Origin: Tubiluchus corallicola
Lineage: Eukaryota > Animalia > Priapulida
Length of the DNA stretch: 64,000 bases
Reading direction: 5' to 3'
Assembly (NCBI GenBank): GCA_030141605.1
Contig: JAQGDQ010000295.1
Span: 124,001-188,000 of the forward strand
Below are positions 52,901 to 61,900 of this stretch, piece after piece. The first letter of the stretch is position 1; each line of letters starts with the position of its first letter. The notes under the pieces were generated by a model. That model ran no database searches, was not told the origin of the DNA, and was given only the letters and a program-made list of their open reading frames with translations. Position numbers and translations under genes: made by a program.

Positions 52901-55900
52901 GATTCAAACAATATGTTCTTGAACATTACTAATAAATTCACTTGCTTGTTAGTATAATCTCTAGTTTTTTGTTGTAGCATGCACAAACTCACTTTTCTCT
53001 GATTACTGGCTTTAATGCAGAATTTGATTTGATATCTTTCATCACAACATCTTTTTTAACTCTGTGGCACTCTATCTATCTTTACGTATCTACTTGTTTG
53101 CACTTTATATGTTTATTACATACTTTTTCTTCCTTACACATACTTCCACTGGACTTCTTTTCACAAATGTACTCTCTTGCTAAGCACCCGATTTACATAC
53201 TTGTCTTTTGAGACGTTGACATTGTCACTGATGTTTAAACTATGTGTGTAATGTGCAGATCTAATAAACTACTATTACTCGCAAAAAAATTATTATCATA
53301 CTGCATGTATCACTGTGAAAGAAAGGCAGTGTACTACACCTGTATTTGAACATGGCATTTTTGTTACTTTCTGTGTTATAGATTTTTGGTGTGTTGTAAT
53401 TATGGTTTGTACACGAAAGCTGCTGGTTCATATTTAGATAGTTTTGCATTTCTTCTTTCCGTGTTATAGGTTTTTGGTGCATTGTAATTATGGTTTGTAC
53501 ATGAAAGCCACTGGTTCAAATCTACACAGTTTTGCATTTCTTTCTCATCAATTTTTCTAGTTTTAATCACAAATCCTTCCTATTTTATCGTGTTTTTATT
53601 TAAAATAAACTAAATCATTCACTGATTGATACTGTCACACGATTTCATTTGATTTTATTTGCACTTTTGTGTCATTTTTAGGTGATAACTGTGAAACTTG
53701 TGTTGCTGGTTGGTATGGCAATCCAGAAGGACATGGTGTATGTGAAGGTGACACTTTTTGCTTTTTCTTCTACTTCACAGCTATAGTTACGATTCTAGTC
53801 ATAATTATGTACCATAGGATATATATATATATATATATATATACATAATATGATATACATCGAGTTACCAGAGATTTGGTATAATGAGGACCAAAAAGAA
53901 TTGAAATGAAACAAATGATTTAAAATCATGCATGCAATATCTAAAACTATTTTCTTTGCAAACTTTTTTGCTGAGCTCTGCTACATGTTTATTATTTTAG
54001 TTTTTGTTTATTACAACAATGTGATTGTTATGAAAAGACTGCTTTGTTAAAAATTAGCAAATTATCCATCAATTCAAGATTTCGAGAGGCCTAACTTTTT
54101 AAAGTGCAATTTTATTACTTTTTAAATTCTGATGGAGCATGTTAACAGTGTCTACGGTCTATAATGACATTGCTAATTTTTTAAGTATATATTGAGTATG
54201 CATCCGTAAAAATTAATAGTAAAAGTGAATAAAACTTTTTGTTTGTTAATTAATGCAATTTAATTTTTAATTATAAGAATAGGTACTTTTGTGAACCATA
54301 ATTAATACCATATTAAGAAAAAAGAAGAAAACACGATATTTCAAACCAGCACCACTGTGGTTTTTCTTAAAAACATATTTATTTTTATCATCGTTGGTAT
54401 ACAGAACAAAAAAACTAATTAACAGACCTTTGGAATTGGTTAGTGCTCTAATACAAAGTTGAGACATGTATAATTAGATATCTATATTTATACAGTGACA
54501 TTAAGTGCAATCTAATGGTGTAACATGCTAAATTAATGTTTACTGAATCGCCTTCAAGCTTTTATAAATTCCTGCCTAATATAAAAAATAGTTTTATTTC
54601 GGTCAAGATTGAACTGTAAGTTACTATGTAATAAAGAACAGATTTTAGTTTTGATGTTTAGTTCATTAATATTAACTTGGAGAAAGGTTAACTTGGAGAA
54701 TTACAAGATTAAATAAACTTCGCTCGAGTGCCCCCTCCTCCCAGCAGACATTCCAACATATAGTGCTTAACATTTTCGTAATGATAGCCACACATGCAAT
54801 TGGGACTAGCAATTACCAATGGCATCTTTGCAACCATGTTTTTTGAGATCCTAGTTCAACTGAGAAAATCCCACCCTCAGACGTGTATGATAAATGCTAT
54901 ATGGTCTAGTACCAAGTGAATAATGTTGGTCTCTTTAAAAAGTGAGATGTTTCTTTAATTGTTTGAAAAAAGGCACTTTCGATAGGTATTGACTTTAGAC
55001 AAGGGGGTAAATTATTCCAGTCAAACACGGTTGCAGGGAAGAAAGATGACTGGAAGTAATTGCAGTGAACTTGATATCACGTAAAGGATTTTAAGAAAGG
55101 TAAAAGTCGCGTAAAATTAGTAAATGCTATTTTTGGGTACAGAGTTTATGTATTGCTCACCAAATAAGATTTAATAAGTTTCTGACGTTTTCTCTTTTTT
55201 AAAACTTTTACTTTACAGTAAAAAATGGTGGAGGTTTGAAACGTCGTGTTTAATTTTTTTTTTCTTAATTTTGTGATTGTTCATTAATGTTGTTAATTGA
55301 CCAAATTTAGTGCTAGATTCAAGTGATTAAAGAATTCTATTTTGCAATCTGTTTTTTTTTCTCTTATGCAGAGTGCCTATGTTATCATGGTTTGGATGAA
55401 TGTGATCGCAAAACAGGGAAGTGCACTTGTACGACCAAAGGGGTATATGGACATACATGCGATGGGTATGCTACGAAATTAGTACTGAAATACTATGTTA
55501 AAATTGAAGTCATACTAAACCCTTACTATAATATAAGCTTTTACACCTTAAAATCCTACTCTCATTATGAATATTCAATTTATTTGATTATAAACTTACT
55601 GTTAAACATGTTTATTTTGATTTTTTATCACTTTGTTGTTGGTGGTATTAAATTTGATGGACCGCCATATTTCGTTGCGTGAGACGAATGACGTTATGTA
55701 TACAGTCCCGAGGTCAGCAAAGACCGGTAAACAAACTTCGGTAACCAAAGACACATTCTGTACCTTGTACATCTTTCTCGCCCATTCACGCCAAAGACAC
55801 GAAACTTGGCGATCTTTACGGCAATGCACGTGTTCAAAATTCACAAGAAAAAGGTTAGTTATTTAATTTATAAGTCCTTTTGTTCAATAATAACTATGAA

Positions 55901-58900
55901 TTATTTGTATAATCATAATAATGCGTTAAAAAAACTTCAGCTTCTGTTGTGTTTATAAAGGCCTGTAAAAAACAGCAAAGACAAACTTGCCATGCATGTT
56001 AGGTTTTCTGAGAAGTCTTTATTTTCTAAAGGAAAAAATACATAAAATTTGCTGTGATCAAAGTTTATAGAAATTTGAACAAAATTTTACCAAGCAAAAT
56101 TCGATCTAAAATTAACAATACAGTAGATTTATAACTTAAAGTACTTACTTCATTTGGTTACCCATATAGAGCACACTGTATATGAAGCATGACATGAAGT
56201 TTCTGACAAAAAGTTGCATTTTTCACCATATTTACAAGTAATTGGTAAAAAAGGTGCCAGACTAAGTGACCAAAATCTACCAACAACTGCTTACCTGCCC
56301 AATCAAGTAAGAATATAAAAAAAAAAATTGGCCAAGAATACAATTAATTATATGGGTAATTTGCCCATAACAAGGCCTTTAAGTGAAACCTAATCTTTTT
56401 CTGATGTTGTTGAGTTTCGAGTTCTTTTGCAGTAGGACTTCGAGCCAGTTGAGCAAAAAGAGAAAAAATTTATTCCACTTATAAAAATGTTTTAGCAAAC
56501 AGATGGCTTTGCTTAGTTTAGTACCAGTAACTGCAGAAAAATTCTTTTTAACTGCGTTCTTTAAGAACTAAGTTTAATTCATTAGACCCATTCAATTCAT
56601 TACGTGCGTAATTAACATATAATTAATTAACATGTAATTAATGTATGTAATTCTTTTTTCTTTGCAGCTGTGATGAGGGAAACAACTTTTATGGTGATGC
56701 TATAGATCATACATGTTTCTGTAAGTTTTCACTGGGCAATAGTGGATATCTTTAGTGGGCAGCATGTTAGTACAGACACAGCTGCAGCTGAGAACTGATA
56801 AAATTACATGAAGCATAATAGATTGCAGAAATCAGTGTAAACGTTTTATATATTTTTTGAAGATAACACTATCTGAAAGGACCATCCACATATGACAATA
56901 TAAAGTTTTCGGCCGCTTTCGAGGACCTACCTTGCGTTATAATGGAGTTATCATATCCCCACATCTACGTACCCCTTATATTGATATCAATGTCACACTG
57001 ATGTAGCTTTTTGTACATTTTATTCTTCTTCCTCTCAAAGACAGGCAACAACATCACTTGTGTTATGTAATGGAAAACCATCACCGGTGCAACCCCAATT
57101 CAATGAGTCAGGTAAGTGCAGTCTGATAATGATATCATGACTAAACACCTACCTACCTTGCATTATAGTGGCAGTATCACGTCTCTGGCTACCTGCCTAC
57201 ACTAAACTTGATATCGTTATATGAAGATGGTCCCAAAATACAAGTTGTTAGTAACATATGTACCCATTTTGGTTTCCCACATAAAATGTTTGCACGGGCG
57301 TATCAAGACTTTCTGATGACCTAAGCTGACATTTCTATCCTGCTCATTCCTATTACAAATTTATGGTTGTTTATGTGCTAAGCTTAATATACATTTACTT
57401 GTTGTGTATTAGTAGTATTAGCTAGTAACCTACGTGTCTTTGTTACCGTATATACATGTGTACAAGTCGTCCTTATGTACAAGTCAATGTGCATTTTAAG
57501 ACCAAAAATTTCATCATTTTATATATTACCTGTGTACAAGTCGACCATAAAATATTAAGATCTTCCAGAGCAAATGATGTCAACAATGGCCGAGTATATT
57601 ATACCTACCCGATGTATTTATATAAGTATATATATTCAAGTATATATAAGTATATACATTCATATAGATTCATATATTCAATATATTAATATTGAGGGCC
57701 CTCAATGCAATCCATGATAATGCAGCCTGGCCTTTCATCGTGCATAATTATTTGTAATGCCTTTAACCCTAGGATATCACGGGTCAACATCCGTCGTAAT
57801 GTTTCAGTCGCTGATTTCTCACTTTCTCACATACATTAAAATAAGTTACAGTAATATTTGTTAAATTTGTGAAGTAATGTCAAGATGCGAACATTCTCTG
57901 CTGTGAAGTATCTGCTGAGTGTTTTTTCAGTCCAGTGTATAATGAAGGATTATTTCTTTACATATTCGTATTGTAGACGACTCTTTAGCGACATCTCTCA
58001 AAAACATATCGTAAGTATAAGTGGACCCCAAAAATTTCACCTTAAAATTGCCTCCCAAAAATTCGACTTGTACATAAGTATATACGGCAGTTACATATTT
58101 GCATAGGGGTTATATCAAAAGAGGTTGCGCAGCTGTTTGTGATGTAGTACATTGTAATTGCTTGTTACGCAACTCGTAAATAAAAAGTGAACTCAGTAAC
58201 TGCTTGTGGTGTGTTATAATACGCGCTTTTATCAAAATGAAAGGATACATATTTTTCTAGAAGAACAAAAATTTTTGACCCTGGGCACCTATATTCTGGC
58301 ACCCCTGAAAATTAGGTGCCATAGACTGCAGCCGAGTTAGCCTGTTTGTTAATACGCCCCTGAATGTTTGTGCTGTTGTTTGTACAAACATTGTACTTAC
58401 AACTGACCTAGACTATGGATGCTACAGTCTATTTCTTTGATTCTACTTTGAAATTCTTTCATTCTTTCAGATGTTGCAAGCTTTTGACACCATTTGTGTT
58501 TGGCAGTTACAAATTGTGACTTTTTTTCTTTTTGGTGTTCAGTTTTTCTGGGCAGTACATTTGTTGATTATGTTTTATGGAGACCTTCAGCAACAATGTT
58601 CTTGCATGACATTTCTTTTTCAGATAATATAAGCGTGGGATACGTGTATACTTTGACGTATTCTGGCGAAAGCGACAAATTTATCACAGATTCCAATTTT
58701 ATGTGCAAGCCTTGGAAGGTCGGTATAGCAGTGCTTTTTCCAAATTCACCAATATCCCAGAATATGAGAAATTAAAACATTGTAAGAAGTTTTGCAAATG
58801 CAGGTTTAAAGGGACAATAAAAATTAATTTAAATGTTAGTTAAAACTCTATTGTATTTCGACATGAGCAGTGAAGTTGAGAAGTTGTGAGTATCGTGACT

Positions 58901-61900
58901 GAAGTTAAGCAACACTTTCAGCGGTCAGTGAATGCCTCGTTCAAGATTCACTCTGAGCTGTTGCAATGACCGTACTCACTCTGACTATTGCCTCATTGAG
59001 GGAGGGCATGCGTAAACATTTGGCTGAAAACTCGATGAAAAAAACACAATTTTTTTCCAGAATTTTTGAGTAAAAACTTGATGAAAGCAAAATAAATTCT
59101 AAGCATAAACATGTTTATTTATGTAGACTGGTGTTGACATTGCAATTTACATGAATTGCTCTAAGTGGACGCCATTCAACATCTCTTACTCAACAGGTTA
59201 GTCAATCTTTTTCTGTTTACTTGTGTTTTCAAACATTTTTATACATGTTAATTGATTAATTGATTTATTCTTTTCAACATAGTATAGAATATAGTACAGG
59301 AGAGAAGGGAGAAGCCACCCAGGCAGAGCACTTATAGGTGGCTCTCTGTTAGCAAGTTACAAACAAATTTACAATGTTAGCAAATTACGATCAAATTTAC
59401 AATGTTGCAGCAAGTTTTCATTCTCTAACAATTATGTAAAATCTTTAACATTAAAGGCATTAACTGTGTCATAAGTTAAATAATTCCAAATATCTACGAT
59501 TCTGTTATAAAAAGAAAATTTGCAAATATTCAGTCTGCAGTAGTTTTTATATAATTTAAAGTTATGTCTCCTAAGCCCAAAATGGGGTGCGTTTGCAAAA
59601 AAGACATAAAACAGTAATCCTATATGATTATTACAAATTTTGTAAACTTTTTTAGGTCAAAAATTTACTTTCTTATTTCTAGTGTCTGTAACTTAAGAAT
59701 TTGTAATCTATAAAAGTAAGTAATATCTTCTACACAAACGTCTAGTGAAGTATCTTTGAACATTTTCAACACAGCCAATCAAAATTACATGACAATGATT
59801 CCAGAATGGTGTGCAGTAATTGTTCTATATTATAACAAGGGAAAAAATCAGACGTGATGTGTCCGTATAAATAACAATTGTAACCTCACAACTTTTGCTG
59901 GAGTTTAGTAAAAGAATTAAGCAAGGAAATTGAAAACGGAGAAAATACATTTCAATTTTTTTGCATCACGTAATGGCATCAGCTAACCAGGTTTTAACTT
60001 ACCTCTTTTCAAAAGCTTTTTGTAGGAAAGAAATATTTTCCACAATCAAATGTATAGTGGGAATGTGCAAAGCTCTGTCAATACTGAATAAACATTCAAG
60101 CTTGCTGATACTTGGTACGAACGGACTATTCATGTCTACTGCAGCATTTGAATGGGATTTTATACAGATTTAGATAAATTAACTTTACTGGTCTTACCAT
60201 TCTAATGAATGTGCAATTGCTGGTTTTACGATAGATTAAATTGATGAAATGTTACTAACCCAGTTGACTGAATGTTTTGTGAATATGTATTTGTAATGTG
60301 TGTTTTTAAAAACTTGTTTGTTGTTATTTCCTGTTATTTGTTTGTTACTAACTTTAATTGCATGTTGTAAGATATGTGAATAAAATAATGTGTATAAATG
60401 ATTGATCATGTTAAAATTTTTGTGTACTTGATTTATATATTGGATAGGAAGGCATAAGTGAATTCATGTTAACAATACTTTTCTTTCTAGATAGCGTTCC
60501 AGAGAAGTTTATATATGAAGGAAAAGGAATATGCAGAGATTCCTTGTTTACGGGGAGGCTTTCCAAGTATGACTACCCGTTGGGGAAAGAGAACTTTACG
60601 ATCTATATCTACTTCTACAACATTGAGACGCCGCTTGAGATGAGGGTAAGAACAGTTTCTAAGATTCTCTTTGTATCATATCTTTCAATAAATACAGAAA
60701 TATCACCAAGTTGTTACACAGTCTTTTGCAAATCTAATATTCGGGTGAGTTGCTAAACACGATGGAACGTGAGACAGCTAACAAGGAATGAGTGGTTTAG
60801 TGGTCTACAACAGTGAGCTTGTAACTCAATGGCTTATGGTTCAAATCCAGGCTCACTTATAATTTTTTGCATTTTTCCTTTTGGTGCTGATTGAAAAATT
60901 GTTAACAGTACGATTAAGTTTCATTAGTATCTTCTTAAAAGTGAAAAAAATTAGACTTTATTTGTTCATATGTAAATTCTTGTGCCATGATGTCAGTTAA
61001 ATAAAGTTTTAAATGGAGGACCTCACAGAGACCTTAAAAATTAGCTGTAGATTTTCTAGATGTTAGTAACAGCACAGCTGAAACACCTATAGTCATGAAG
61101 GTCTTCACTGTTGTGCAGGTTGCTTTTATTTGCAAATAATTTATTTGCAATAACATTTGCTTTTATTCTGCCGTGATTTTCGGTGACTTAACCACGATCA
61201 TCAAATATTTTCTTTTTTTGGAAAATCACAGACAAGTCTTCATGGTCGGACCAGATTATGACCATTTGGGAGTACTTAAGCTAATGAATTTATAGGCTCT
61301 CCTCAGACTAGTCTCTGACTTGCCCACTCCCCTCTTAAATCTTTTTTCTCCTGATATATTTTAGCAACATTTACATAGCTTGAAGTAAACTTATTGCAAA
61401 TTCTTTAAATAAACTAGAATAGCTATGTTTTGCTAGTCAATAAAAAGAAATACCACCATTTTACTATTTATTGCAAACCAAATTAGCACATTTTTCAACA
61501 CAATTGCAGTTGATTTTTGTTTACCAAATGTTACCAAAGCTAAGATCACCTAAGTTTGCGGTGCCCTAGACTGCAGTCTATACTAGCCTACAGGATAATC
61601 TGTCCCTGTTCATGGTGAACGTATGGTATGGCAAGGGCATTAGACTACTTTAGTCATTTAAGACGTAAACTAGTACTGTACATATGTGATGTACCTAGTA
61701 CAAATTTTGTTGATGTATGCAAACTGTTAAATTATTTTGTGTGCAAAATGATTATATTATTCTTTTATAAGGTAAAACATAACTATTTGTTCTGTACATT
61801 TTTGATATTTGTTACAAAGGAAGTAATGAATAAAACTTAGGAAACTTAGAAAGCAAAACACGGTTTCTTATTTTGAAAGATAAAAAACTGTTTTAGATGA

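Noticed and set aside
60788-60860. tRNA genes here and at ~40950 and ~51140
   Set aside because: Only A/B-box-like remnants; no complete cloverleaf or acceptor stem, so treated as SINE heads.
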